A DNA stretch of 64,000 nt, taken from assembly GCF_003918875.1 (NCBI RefSeq), contig NW_025766470.1:310001-374000 (forward strand). Direction: 5' to 3'. Under the pieces are notes generated by a model. That model made no database searches. It was not told the DNA's origin and saw only the letters and a list, made by a program, of their open reading frames with translations. The stretch is from Haliotis rubra. Lineage: Eukaryota. Position numbers and translations under genes: made by a program. This document shows, one piece after another, positions 37,870 through 61,198 of this stretch; positions within the stretch are counted from its first letter, which is position 1, and each line of letters opens with the position of its first letter.

Positions 37870-39350
37870 AACAATGGCTGTTGGGACGTGGCTGAGGGGA
37901 TGAACGGTTGTTAAGAGGTGACTGAAAAAAGAACAGCAGTTGGGAGATGGCTGAAGTGAAAAAAGTTCTGTTGGAAGGTGGCTGAAGGGGAAAAAGTGCT
38001 GTTGGGAGGTAGCTTAAGGGAAGAACGGCTGTTGCGAGGTGGCTAAAGGGTAAAACAGCTGTTGGGGGGGGCCTGAAGGGAAGAACGTCTGTTGGGAGAT
38101 GGCTGAAGGGAAAAACAGCTGTTGGGAGATGGCTGAAGGGAATAGCAGCTGTTGGGAGATGGCTGAAGGGAAGAACAGCTGTTGGGAGATGGCTGAAGGG
38201 AAAAACAGCTGTTGGGAGATGGCTGAAGGGAAGAACAGCTGTTGGGAGATGGCTGAAGGGAAAAATGTGTTGTTGGGAGGTGGCTGAAAGGGAAAAAGAG
38301 CTGTTGGGAGGTGGCTGAAGGGAAAAAAATGCTGTTGGGAGGTGGCTGAAGGGAAGAACAGCTGGTGGGAGGTGGCTGAAGGGGAAAAAGTGCTGTTGGG
38401 AGGTAGCTGAAGGGAAGAACGGTGGTTGGGAGGTGGCTGAAGGGTGAAACAGCTGTTGGGGGAGGTGGCTGAAGGGAAGCTGAAGACCGTGGTTGGGAGG
38501 TGGCTGAAAGGGGAATGGCTGTTGGGAGGTGGCTGAAGGGGAAAAACAGCTGTTGGGAGGGCTGAAGGGAAATGGCTGTTGGGAGGTGGCTGAAGGGGAA
38601 ACGGCTGTTGGGAGGTGGCTGAAGGGGAATGGCTGTTGGGAGGTGGCTGAAGGGGAAAGGCTGTTGGGAGGTGGCTGAAGGGGGGAATGGCTGTTGGGAG
38701 GTGGCTGAAGAAGGGAAGAAACGGCTGTTGGGAGGTGGCTGAAGGGGGAATGGCTGTTGGGAGGTGGCTGAAGGGGAACGGCTGTTGGGAGGTGGCTGAA
38801 GGGAAGAATGGCTGTTGGGAGGTGGCTGAAGGGAAAAGCTGCTGGTTGGGAGGTGGCTGAAGGGAAGAAGGGAGGTGGCTGAAAGGGGAAATGGCTGTTG
38901 GGAGGTGGCTGAAGGGAAGAAACGGCTGTTGGGAGGTGGCTGAAGGGAACAGCTGTTGGGAGGTGGCTGAAAGGGGGAATGGCTATTGGGAGGTGGCTGA
39001 AAGGAGGAATGGCTGTTGGCAGGAAGGAGGAGGTGGCTGAAGGGGGAACGACTGCTAGGAGGTGACTGAAAGGGGGAACGGCTGTTGGGAGGTGGCTGAA
39101 GGGAACGACTGCTGGGAGGTGACTGAAGGGGGAACGGCTGTTGGGAGGTGGCTGAAGGGGGAACGGCTGTTGGGAGGTGGCTGAAGGGGGAACGGCTGTT
39201 GGGAGGTGGCTGAAGGGGGAACGGCTGTTGGGAGGTGGCTGAAGGGGGGAAAGTCTGTTGGGAGGTGGCTGAAGGGGGAACGGCTCTTGGGAGGTGGATG
39301 GAAGGAAGAATGGCTTTTGTTAGATGGCTGAAAGTAGAAACAGCTTTGGG
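37870..39350. repeat. G-rich 27-30 bp minisatellite, ~50 copies
   Basis: GGCTGTTGGGAGGTGGCTGAAGGGRAA unit; degenerate at both ends. Confidence 0.95.
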
Positions 39351-39597
39351 GAATGTGTGAATGAAATACCAGCTGTTGACAGCTAGACATGATAAACCCA
39401 ACTGGAACAGTAGGACAAGGCACAGATGGATGTTATGAATATTTTTGATAATTTGTATTTGAGGGGCATCTGTGGTCTAAGGCAACCAATGTTTGCTATC
39501 CAGAGATCCCTCCATTATTCAAGCCAGGATCTGATGGTCTTGAATCCCACATGGGCCAAAACTAAAGAGGTGTATTGCTCTCTGCTTTTCCCACACA

Positions 39598-39752
39598 GTG
39601 AGTATGGTTTTACACCATTTTAGCAATATTCCAGCAATATCAAGGCTGGAGACACCAGAAATGGGCTTCACACATTGTAACCATGTGTAGAATCAAACCC
39701 GGGCCCTGGCGTGACAAGCGAATGCTTTTACCACTAGGCTACCCCACCACCT
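39598..39752 (-). mobile_element. SINE family A
   Basis: Consensus match. Confidence 0.8.
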
Positions 39753-41836
39753 CCTTTCTCCACACATCCAGCTGACACACAGTGATGAATGACGTACTCT
39801 TGATAGAGTGAACTGCACAAAATAATAACTCGACTGGCATCCGTTACATCCTACATGTTAGTTTTATTTGTAAACATCACATAATATACCATAAGACAAC
39901 TGACATTTTATTCAATGAAAACATTGAAATGATTAAATTCCAACAATATGTAAATAAACATTCCCAACATGTTCACTTAAAACAAGACATACATGTGAAC
40001 ATTGATCACAGAAACAATCACACTTAACATCACTAGCAATCGCTTATTCCTGGCTAAAAGTTCCAAATACAATATTTCTCCTATGCAGCATAGACCAGTG
40101 TACATTTCCTGTACCACTTTAATATGTTTTAGGGACGCACATCAATTGGCTTCAACTCATTCAATATTTCACTCAAAAATGAGGAGCAGCATTTTTTGTG
40201 ACATACTCACTCTTTTCTCCTTTTAGGGAAAATTCTGGTATCAATGATTGTAGAAGATCCATTCATACAATTTTCACCCCTATATTGCCTTTCACACATG
40301 GAATCTGTTCCGGAATATCATCAAGGTGGTTATTCTCAGGAGTTGTCATTATGTAACTGAGAAGATGTTCTGTGATTAACGTATTCTTGGTGCGAAACCT
40401 TATGAAAAAATTTAATATCATTATCCATTACTTTCAGGAATGGATTATGTCAACAAACATTATTAGCAGTGAAAGACCACTACCCTAAGAAACCCATTGA
40501 ATGTTTCTATTCTGCAGTAAACTTGCTGTAGTATTGAGCCTACAATGTTATACCCGAGGTGTACTTTAAGTATATTCCAACAAAATATATGTAAAAATTA
40601 CACTTCTTTGAAGGGTCACTTTCTGAACACTTGCAACAATAATGAAACATTTAAGCTTTACAGTTACATAATGCCCTCCTTATATATAACTATTACACAT
40701 AATTCATTGAATGTTTTATCTAGAGACATTCTAAGACCAATGTGCGCCATTTCCATCTTTCTGTATCTTTGCCGGAAAAATAATGATAACATGTGACACC
40801 ACCTGAAACTTAAAAATACCCCAATCCCGTGGGAACAAAACAATCTGATGAGCAGGCTGGTGCCAGTCTGCATCAGTGGATAGGTGCTGTTTAAAGTTTG
40901 AAAACTATCATTTCCCATCCAACCAGCTAATCTTTAAAAATTATGAAATGATGCGGATAAATAAGGATTTACAATGACGAAAATATTGACAGATATTTCA
41001 CAGGACCTGACTAGAACTACATATAAAATTATATGCCTTTCAAACACTTCCAGATGAAGTGGAATCCAGACAGCTATACATAAACTAAAAATGATGGTAT
41101 TGTGTAAATGGCTTCACAGTTTGATCAATACTGTTTACAAAAGGAGAACACTTATCATTATGGAAAATGATGCATAATGGGGACAATAAAGAAAGTTTTC
41201 ACTGAAATCTATTTTTGATCAGCTTGGAAGCAATACATATTTATATTAGGTGTACAGATTTTGAAAATAAATAAATATTTAAAAACAGATTGTACAGGAT
41301 TATCTAAATCATCTTAAAATGTGATTTCAATCTGTAGGTGATAAAAAGTACAATGATGATTAATGGATTAATATATCATTTTTAGTTACATAAAGTCCTG
41401 ATACATTTGTAGTATGTTTTCCTGAAGAATTTTGTACATTCATCTCTCTAAATTACTACATTTGGAATGCCAGAATACAGCAGAATTAACCCAAACTGCC
41501 ACGAAAAAAGAAGCTGAAAGCATCCCCAGTAAATGTTCTGTTATGGCTTTCCCTGGAGTATACATGGAGCTATTTCTAAATATACCTCTGAGAAGACATG
41601 TTAAAGTCATTATCACCCATAACTGAGCAAGCTATCTCAGTCATAGGAAAATCTTAATTGTTCATGTAGTGCAGTGTGGCAAAATAGGAATTTCATCATT
41701 ACTGATTGATGTCACATGATCAAGCAGGTCTGAAGTCTACCGATAGCCCTTGATGGTGACCTTAAAGGTTCATGCCTGGTTTTGTTTTCAGTGTATTCAG
41801 ACTGGTCGGACTGCACATAGTAATTTAGATGATGGA

Positions 41837-43404
41837 CTATGAACTGTCCTTTGTTTCACTGTCTGGGATGCTGACATCTTCACCTTTACGACGTTCTTCC
41901 TCCAGTTCCTGCCTGGCCTGTCGACTGGACTCGAGAAGGTCCTTGAACTTGGAATAAAGATCATCACTTCTCTCTTCCAGAGTGTTCAGACATTCATCCA
42001 GTTTGTCTAAAGTGTTGTTCAGATCACTATATTCTGTAAAGGCAGAATGGACATTATCATGCATTTTATGATGCATGTAACAAAGTTAAGGCAATATTTA
42101 AACGTGTCTGTTGTTTAATGCCTCATACAACAACTTTCTTCTATGATAAGTTGAAAACAAAAATTAATAGCTCACCAAAGTCGTCACTTCAGCAGATTGT
42201 TTGGTCAGTAACTGCTGTGATTATTGACTGATATAACTTTCAAAGATACCCACATTGTATCTCGCAAGAAACAGTTAACAGTTAATGAGTAAAAGTATTT
42301 TTTCCATCTTGCTGGGGCAAGAAATAATATTGTGCTTCAGGTCAATGGACTCTAAAGTTTTGGGCTGTTAGAAGGAGGTTTCCTTTTTCATATTGTTTTA
42401 GAACTGATGTTTGCTACACCAATGGCACTATGCAGGAACAACAAATGTTGTATTGAGATGTGTTTCTTTCCAACGTGGTTTGGAAGTGAAACAAGAGGGT
42501 ACCAAATAATTTTCATCAACAATATACTCCTCTTAGCCAAAGCAATGCTGAAGGGGTCGTTGTCGGCACGGGTACTACAGATATGTACCGCAGGTACGTT
42601 TCTGAAACGTACCCTGGCCATAATGAGAATACAGAAACGTACCCTAGGACGATTCCATTCCCATTCTTGATCGGAACTGTTATGTTGTTATTGGATACAT
42701 TTGATTGCATTATGGAAGTAATGAGAATACACAGTAACAGATATTTTGCGATGCATATGAGTACCACTCGCAATCAGTTGAACAGGAACAACTATTCCAT
42801 TCCTTGGGCTTGTGCTTAATAATGCCTGTTACAAAAATATCTGTGACTTTGTTTAGGGTACATATCTGTATACAGTATTTATCAATGTATATAGTCATGT
42901 ACCTGTGCCCAAACGACCCCTTCAGCCAAAGCAATGGCTATCCTCATATAACACTGTCAAGCCTGTAGTATTTTCAATGTACTTGATCCTGTTCGACAAT
43001 AACAGTCTGTATATTTGAACTTGACCTGTCGACAAAGTCAAAGCCTTGAATTACACATTTCATTTCAGTGACCAAATATGCCCAGTATCTTCCACCGCGC
43101 AGCAAGGATTTTTTTTCTATAATACAACGGCGACTCTAACCAGCTACTCGTGTCTACAATCATCAATATGTCAAGATTCCTGTCATCAAATCTCAATTTG
43201 ACAAATGACAGATTAGCTCGGCTAAAGATGTCTATGTCATGGTGAAATATTATCATAACGACCTTGAGCACATCCATCCACAAGACTTTCAAGATCACTT
43301 CCATCATACAAATCGTCTTCGTCATTTTCTCCATTCATTTCGACAACACTGTCATTTGCATCTATAGTTTTCTTATCCTCATCCAAATCATCCCCATCCG
43401 CCAT
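41837..43404 (-). CDS. BBLN: Bublin coiled-coil protein / UPF0184 (C9orf16 homolog), 2 exons
   Basis: Exon 1 43263-43404 (MADGDDLDED…DGCAQ, phase 1); exon 2 41837-42033 EYSDLNNTLDKLDECLNTLEERSDDLYSKFKDLLESSRQAR matches the UPF0184 pattern; likely long 3'UTR to AATAAA near 39907-39912. Confidence 0.85.
42547..42926. mobile_element. MULE-like MITE in the BBLN intron
   Basis: TIR GCTGAAGGGGTCGTT; 9-bp TSD caaagcaat. Confidence 0.85.
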
Positions 43405-43694
43405 TTTGATGTCATGTGACATCATCAGCGTAAGGGGACGTCTCATCAGTGTTTCAGTGATTAAGAATATGTGTTGAAAAATGATTCGTGTACAATCATT
43501 ATAACTTATGTGGATATTTAGAAATATCATGAACAATTATTGTTACACTAATACAAAGGCTTTGCGTTTCGTGATTAGTTTTTAAAAAATGCGAAGACAA
43601 ATCATTAAAGTATTTCTGCTGGTCCCCATTCACTGCGTACAACACCGGAAGTAACATACCCCATCAGACAAGTGCGTGGCAGTTCTCTTCAAAG
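43405..43694. promoter_or_regulatory. Bidirectional promoter BBLN/DDX39B plus probable non-coding first exon of DDX39B
   Basis: Genes are divergent; CCGGAAGT (ETS/GABP-like) near 43645; AAAATGGCG (YY1-like) at the BBLN start and near 43873; donor AAG|GTAAAG at 43695. Confidence 0.6.
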
Positions 43695-45671
43695 GTAAAG
43701 GTTTGTCAGATGCCATCCGTTGCTGGCGGAGTTTCAGTCTTATTTATTTTGTAACTATAGTTTAAAGCAACATCTCTTATTCATCAGTGACCGTTTATTT
43801 TAATGTAAGTGTGTACTGCAGTTGGGATTGTCCTCACATCTGCCTCAGTACTAATGTAATGTGTAAAGTTTCAAAATGGCGACTTGTATCCAGGTCGAGA
43901 TTACATTTTCCTTAAGAATTGCTTCATGGTTTAACACTCCCGATAGGATTTCTTAGTATTATGTCGATTCAAAATACTTCATGTGACAGATATGCCCATC
44001 AAAGATGTAAACTGTACTTGAATTTATAACTTCGACACGAAATCCTAAGATCTGAGCACAAAGAAGACAACAGCTTGTTCCCGTCAAGCTTAGTCGTTTC
44101 GATAAGGACATTATCAGACACCTAGATTACTCGGATGGTATCTTAGGCCGAAGGTGCAGCATGTAATGCATGTTACGTTAAAGGCGTCTTTCAAGAAATG
44201 AGTTTGTGGTATAAATTCACATCAAGTAATAATGGAGCCTCAAATGACATCATTCAGCATTCCTGCCAGTAGGTCATGAGTAAATGTGCTAAAAATATAG
44301 AGTGGGTAATCTGACCTGATTCCTGACTACTATGGCAGAAGCATTGTGCCCATTAAAGAGCTTATGCTTATGTTTTTCAAACAATGATGCTACCATTATG
44401 AAAAAAAGCCTGGGCTTACACATGATTTTTGCTATTATGGTTGGGCAAGCCCTCAATACTATGTACATATAAAGCTTTGAACCTATTGGGCTTGCACGAC
44501 AAAAAAATGGATTGCTACGTGCCTGATGTGGAATCCAAAATAGAAAATGCTGAGGTATGATAATCTCCTATATATAGTTCTTAGTAACTAGAATGATATA
44601 AGTTCTATTTTGATACCTTCTATATATGCAGCAAGTAGAGACTGTGCATTCCATATCCAGTACAATTCTTCAAACCAAAGGAGTAGGAGCAGACATATGT
44701 TGAAATAATGCCTGTGCATTTCATTATGGTAATGTAATTGAGTGTTCCTTTGTATTAACAAGTTGAATTACATTCCACTTGCATTTTTTAAATATCAAGG
44801 ATCCTGAAGCACAAGTACTCTTCATTGCTCCCAAACTGATTGCTTTCTTTGGGAACCAATGAAGTTCACAAATGTTTTGAAGTTTTCCTAATAATGTTAA
44901 GATTGAGATATTACTAATTACTGGAAACACAAATTACTTCATCTGAAGGGGTTTTTTTTGTGAGTAACTTCAAGATTATATTGATTAAAATTTAAAGCAT
45001 TAATACTGATCATCATGGTGTCTTGGTTGGTTGCCATTATTTATGTGAAATAGTTACCTTGAAATAACTTGGCAAAGCTAAACATGCTAATGGAACAGAC
45101 CTATTCCCGAATAGGTGGCATCAAGTTGATATGGTTATTGAGGTGCTTTCCGAAGACAGGGTAATTTAGACATTGGTCTTCACCCTTCCATTATTCAAAG
45201 TTACTTGGTTGTCAGACCATAAGAAATTTGACAGGTCATTGTAGACATTGGCTTGATACGACTTGTTTTAAGGTTTTGGCTGACAGTACTAATCACTGAT
45301 AATTTCATTCTTACCACAGGTTTACTGTGTCCCAAAACAGTTGAGAAGATGTGTTAGGGTTTATTTGGTAATGGTGCATCAGATCCTAGGATGTTCATAA
45401 TATTAATCACTGTTTTCGCGAGTGTTAAATTAGAAAGAAACTCAAAAGAGAAATTGTCAGGAAAGGGAAAGTTTAACTTGCTTTCCATTTATTCAGATTT
45501 TTGTCAAGCAATAAATGTATAAAAAAGTATAAATGTTGTTCTTACCTTCATTGTTTGGCATTATTATTATTAGCGAACAGGCACTGGCAAATATTGTCTG
45601 TTCTTAAAAATAAATGGTATCAGATCTTCAGAAATGATAATAAGAAAAAAATCTTTTCTTAGAAATCAAAG

Positions 45672-55565
<9,894 letters not shown>

Positions 55566-55724
55566 GTGCTATCCACCCTGTCTGAAGTAGTCAACCACCA
55601 GCCATTGTACTGTGAACAGTTTTATACTGAGATTTATTATGGTTTTATCACTTTGTGTTTGTACATTTTAAAGAAGATATCTCACTTTATGTTGTCATCA
55701 TTTCACTGTAAATATCAAGAACAA

Positions 55725-55730
55725 AATAAA
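55725..55730 (+). terminator. DDX39B polyadenylation signal
   Basis: AATAAA 160 nt after the stop codon, GU-rich sequence downstream. Confidence 0.6.
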
Positions 55731-55826
55731 TGTCAAGATTTTAAATGTGTGCAAGTGTTTTGTGATAATAGCAATTTCCAAAACGATTAAGAGAAGATCT
55801 GACATTGCCTGTTGATCCAAATGATA

Positions 55827-57223
55827 CAGTACAACCAGAAATTATTGAGAATTTAAAGATTGTAATGTTTTATATATATTTTCACTCATTACTCAGGTAT
55901 TAAATGTGAATATTAGCAGAACATAACTCCAGATTCAAAGACAGGTGAACAGTTAGTATTTTGTCAAGTCACCATGGGAAGCAATGCAGGCTTCAATGCA
56001 GCGGGGCATACTACTGATCAAAGAAGTTAGAAAGTCGTGGTCCATGCTGCCCCAATATCGGACCACCTCTTCTTTCATTTCAGCAATATTTGTCAGATTT
56101 TTCTTATTGACACTTTCCTTCATAAGTCCCCAAACATTTTCTATTGGATTTAGGTCAGGGCTATAGCTTGGCCAATGTAATAATGTCATATTTTGGGTCC
56201 GAAACCAGGGCCCCATTCCTCAAAGCGATCGTAGCGCTACAACAGTCGTAAGTCTATGTTAAAGTATGGGAGTTACGATCACCTTAGCGCTACGATCGCT
56301 TTGAGGAACGGGGCCCAGGCCTGTGAATGCTTTGATCGATGTTTTGGGTCGATGTCCTGCTGGAAAGTCAAAAAAAATTCCATAGAACACGTGAGCAGAT
56401 GGAAGTAAATGGCCCTCGAGAATATCTGCGTACCACTCACTGTTCATATTCCCTTCAAATACACGGAGGGGCGTTGCCCCTAACACAGATATGCCACCCC
56501 ACACGTTAAATTTCTGACTGTACTTTGGGCGCTGATACAAAGATTTTTCAGTTTGTTTGGTCCAGAATTTCAGTGTATTAGGAAACAGCCACACAGAACT
56601 TTCATCTGAGAAAAATCACATTGTCCCAGTTAAAATTTCTATGCTTGTAAGCACCAGTTCAACCTTCGCTCCATTTGTTCAGGTTTCATGATCGGTGATG
56701 GAATTCCTCGACTTTTCTGCCAACCCATTGCATGCAGCTCAGTTATAATTGTCTCCTTACAGACAGCCACAGTTCCTCTATCAATCATATCCAGCCTTAA
56801 GTTTTCTAAACTCCTTCGTTTGTTTTTAGAAATAATACCAAGCCGCCTCCTGTCACTGACAGTCAATTTTCTGGGCCTACCTGCGCCTCCCTGGTGCTCA
56901 ATGCCATATCCATTTGCAAAAACACGATAAACAGTGGACAAAGGGATGCCTGTTCTACTTGAAATCACTTTAGCTGATATGATGTCCTTGTTATAATACT
57001 CTAAATTCAACTTCCTCTTCTCTAAATCATCCATACTGAGGATCACTTAAAATGTCGTCTGCTAGCAAGTAAACAAAGGGGGATAACTCTTCACAAACTA
57101 ATGAAAAGGTTTAACGGAGTTCTCTCTTGAATGAAACCAAGCACTTGATAGCTGGTCAAGGTTGTTTATACTAGAAATCCAATTAAACATTCCTAAACTT
57201 CTCAATAATTTCTGGTCATACTA
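55827..57223 (-). mobile_element. Decayed Tc1/mariner DD34E transposon
   Basis: TA-flanked TIRs CAGTAYRACCAGAAATTATTGAGAA; transposase fragments 57046 to 55953 (HTH with GRPRK, FSDES, FQQD-34 aa-E with WPSYSPDLNPIENVW) broken by stop, frameshifts and a MITE. Confidence 0.92.
56209..56315. mobile_element. ~107-bp palindromic MITE (PIF/Harbinger-like) inserted in the Tc1 transposase
   Basis: TIR GGCCCCRTTCCTCAAAGCGATCGTAGCGCTA; CAG target duplication; removing it restores KHSQAWFRTQN. Confidence 0.85.
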
Positions 57224-57509
57224 TACAATATACACGAAGATCTGGAGGGGAGAGAGCAATAACTTGATAATTCTCAGGCGATATCATTTTGCATGGACAT
57301 GGTGCATGTTCCAAAGTGAGGAAGATGAGGATCAGGGATGTAACACCTGGATGAATCGGTCTTCAATGGGATAGAATCATTGCTCACGCCATCGGCCAAT
57401 GGATTAGCCAGGCCTCAAATGAATCATTTGATGGCTCCAAGATTACATTTAAGTTCGGCACGAAAGAACAATTACTCATTCATTGGTGCCTGCACATTTG
57501 GAAGTTTTG

Positions 57510-57720
57510 GTTTTGTTTGTTGTAAATGGCTTCACTCAGCAATATTCCAGCTATATGTAAATAGTCTGGACCAGACAATCCAGTGATCAACAGCATGAGC
57601 ATTGATCTGTTTAATCAGATACGATGCCTTGTTAACCAAGTCAGCAAGTCTGACCACCCGGTCCCATTAGTCGCCTCTAAAAGACAGGCGTGGGTAGCTT
57701 AAGACAAATTCTAACCCGGA
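57510..57720 (-). mobile_element. SINE-like family B, degenerate
   Basis: Family B motifs on the reverse strand. Confidence 0.7.
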
Positions 57721-58779
57721 TTCTGCATGTTTGGAAATGCCCGTACAGTTTCATTTTATTTATTTTTTCCCATTAACAAAAATCTGGGAATCCCAGTTCA
57801 CCAACGGCCACAAACGGGTATTGTAAAAGGAAGAGGATGGTCTGATGAAATCTGTTCAGTCTAGAACCTTTTTACATGCGATTGGTTCATGAAACGTCTT
57901 ACTGATTAAGACAAATTGCCCGAATATTCTGCTTTTGAAAAATGTATCTTGTGGTTTGGGTGGTGCAGTATCAACTATTTTCTGATTTGTCATGTGAAAG
58001 GGAGGGGCATCTGGTGTGTTTATATGTCGCTGGTCATAACTGATAAATTCGACATTAGACGTCATTCTTAGAATTTAATATTATAGAAGATGACATTTTT
58101 TATTCCAAAGATTTTATGAGAGTTTCACTGAATTTGGAATCAGCAAATAGAGAGGGAATCGGGGAAACGCAAAATATAATGAGAATCTAAGATGGACGAT
58201 AAGATTATGTGAGAAAACAGTGAAGCAAAGAATACCCACTCAGACACATTATACTGACTCCGAGCCGATGTCCTCTTGTACCCATTAATGACCATTACAA
58301 CGTCTTTTGGTATGACGCGGTCGGGGTAAAGGATCGAGCTCACAAGATTTGGTTCTCCGTCTCGGGTGAAAATGTATATCGATTTGAAGAAGACCTAATT
58401 GATATTCTTAATCGAGTTGTTTCGAGGGCTTAAAACAACAGTTAGAGCTGTGGAAACAACGTCTCCCCCGGGAAAGATGATAAAGGCAGATCTATCAGAT
58501 GGCTTGTTTTCTGGGACTGGCAAATTTCCAAAACTTTGGCAGATCTAGGGCGGGGGCTGTGTTCGAACCCCACCAGGTAGATTCAACTTACACGGGGCAT
58601 GCAACGCAAATAACTGGCATAAAAGTATACACTGCGACTGACGGGTTTCAACACAACAGTCTTGCATTGAATCCATGGCGGATACAAGTGCACAGGTGCT
58701 CTGGGCTTGTGACGCCAAAACCTGGCATCAAGATATACACTGTCACTGACGGGGTCTTAATATGATAATAATCATGTAG

Positions 58780-58990
58780 ATTAGCGTCCTTCGTTCGGTA
58801 ACACGACAATGCCTAACGCGAGCCTCACTCTTATAAGACTGAAAATTGGCCTGTATGAGGAACTCCAACATCCAAGAACTGCCATTAAGTCTCCAGGACT
58901 AAACCCCATGAAACGTCTATGGGTTGCTCGGGACCAACGTCAGCAACAGTAACAGATGCTCCAACTGTTGGCACAGGTTTTGCATCAAAA
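58780..58990 (+). pseudogene. Relic of a second Tc1-like transposase
   Basis: CACGACAATGCC (HDNA) and TCTCCAGGACTAAACCCCATGAAACGTCTATGG (SPGLNPMKRLW, compare SPDLNPIEHLW). Confidence 0.55.
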
Positions 58991-58998
58991 GTGGATGA

Positions 58999-59165
58999 CT
59001 GACTGACTGTGTTTGGTTTTACGCCGCTTTTAGCAATATTCCAGCAACATCACGGCGGGGGACACCAGAAATGGGCTTCACACATTGTACCCATGTGGGG
59101 ATTCGAACCCGGGTCTTCGGCGTGACGAGCCAACGCTTTAACCATTATGCTACCCCACCGCCCCT
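58999..59165 (-). mobile_element. SINE family A inserted in the Tc1 relic
   Basis: Full length; 12-bp TSD aaaagtggatga. Confidence 0.9.
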
Positions 59166-59394
59166 AAAAGTGGATGAACATTCCCAAGGTCACAATTCGT
59201 AATCCGATTTCTTCCATGGGGCGACGATCCCAGCCAGTTCTGAACTTTGGAGCCCATACAAGATGTTGAGAACAGGTGACCTTCACCTTGACATTCGATA
59301 GTTCCATGCGTGCGATGATGAAGCTCGGTCAGTGACGATCTGAACAATTTAATATGATCTGTAGATTATTTATATAAAACATAAAATACATACC

Positions 59395-59545
59395 TGAAGG
59401 AAGGATGACAAAAGATGGATGAACAACTTCTTTATTACAGTGAGAGCGACGTTTCGGTGTAGGTTCTAACACCAAGTTATCAAGCCTAGAACCGCTGTCA
59501 CTGTTATAAAGAAGTTGTTAATCCTTATTGATCCAACGTCTAAAT
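59395..59545 (-). mobile_element. Penelope-like element terminal fragment with a degenerate hammerhead-like core
   Basis: Minus strand CTTGATAAC-TT-GGTGT-loop-ACACC-GAAACGTCG…AATAAAGAAGTTGTTCATCCAT; related fragment at 2604-2725. Confidence 0.5.
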
Positions 59546-60236
59546 GGCTCTCAAAGAAGTTACACACCAGACAACCATATTTGTGTTTCTTTTTTATTCA
59601 GAGCATATTAATGCTCACACATTCCACGAAAAACATGTGAGATGCGAATGCATTTTTCTATGAATTACTATGAAACAGAACAAATCAAGCTTCTGTACAT
59701 CCTCAATCAACGAGTATTTCAGTCAGCAAAAATGAGCTTCAGTACTTCTTAATTCTTGTTTTGCCTCCTATATTATTTGGTAATAATTAGAATATTGCTA
59801 CATCATCATTCATGTAAAACTATGTCGTGTGGCCACTATATATGTGTGTTATGATATGTGGGTGTCACAATTTAGGTCGCTTTGGAAGGTTTGGTAACCT
59901 TTAGTCGGCACCCTCTGTCGTCGCGCGTATTTGATAAGGGAGCACTCTGCAGATATGTGGGCGAGATTAATGTGTCCTTTGGGACCGTTCATAATTTATG
60001 GCTAGGAGGGGTGATGGTGATTTTTATATAGAAACATGTACAATTTGAATGCCCCCCTCCCCCAATAAATAAATAAATAATTGATGTACAAAGTAAACCC
60101 CCGCTGCATGTCATGCACATAATCAATTATCTCCCCACACCACACTTCCCAAAATATTTAAGCATAAATGTTCAATCTTAAAATGTACAAGATTGTCCCC
60201 ACCCCCTTTCGTACATGAGTACAAAATGATGATATA

Positions 60237-60237
<1 letters not shown>

Positions 60238-60284
<47 letters not shown>

Positions 60285-60313
60285 CACACACACACACCCC
60301 CCACACACACACA
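60238..60313. repeat. (CA)n microsatellite inside a MITE
   Basis: Direct observation. Confidence 0.9.
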
Positions 60314-60680
60314 CCTCCCAGGACAAAATGGCTAAACACCCCACCCCCAAATCATCATCACACCCACCCACCCCTAGAAACGGTCCCTTCAGTGCACATC
60401 AAATATATATTCGGTCAGTTTGTAACATTACAGCCGGTGAACTTACCTAGTGATTGAGGTAAACCAAATTACATGGGCTTGAGTGGAATCCAAGTACAGA
60501 TGATCGCTGTGCGTTATGGTGGTTTATCATATAGTAATAAAATACACCATGAAATTATATATTGTCATCAGTCAGTCACTCGTTGAAATAATGACCTCAT
60601 CACTTCATTCGATGAGATATAAGTGGTATCTGATAAAACAAACAAAAAAGGTAAATATATTCAATGTATTCGTCTGTTTT

Positions 60681-60843
60681 GGTGAGCGAGTTGGATTTTT
60701 CGCCGCTTTTGGCAATATTCCAGCAATATCACGGCGCAGGGCGTCAGAAACGGGCTTTACACACTGTATCCATGTTGGGAATCGAACCCGGTCTTCAGCA
60801 TGACGAGCTAACGCTTTAACCACTAGGCTACCCCATCGCCCCT
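60681..60843 (-). mobile_element. SINE family A
   Basis: Consensus match. Confidence 0.82.
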
Positions 60844-61166
60844 GTCTGTCCGTATTTTTATAACCGGTTCTCTGTACAGTTGCAACCTCTGATATTGACA
60901 ACGCGCGATGCACTTCGTGATGATGACGTGCATTTTCCTATATAGCAAGGGGTCGTGTTTGGTTCTCAATAGGTTATAACATGGATAGCTTGCGGTATAT
61001 ATGCTTAATTTACGTTTGCTTAATGCAGGTAGAAATATATGCATAAATCACTTTGAGCAAACCTGTTCAGCAACCCATGCTTGTATGGGGAGACTGACGG
61101 AACCACGCGTCATCATTTCCAAGACGTGTAGATTGATGCTCATCATGTCAGCGGGAGAATTGTGTG

Positions 61167-61198
<32 letters not shown>

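Noticed and set aside
38043-39423. 452-aa and 122-aa Pro/Ser/Gln-rich ORFs
   Set aside because: Translations of the G-rich minisatellite; frames wander with unit length and there is no splice or promoter context.
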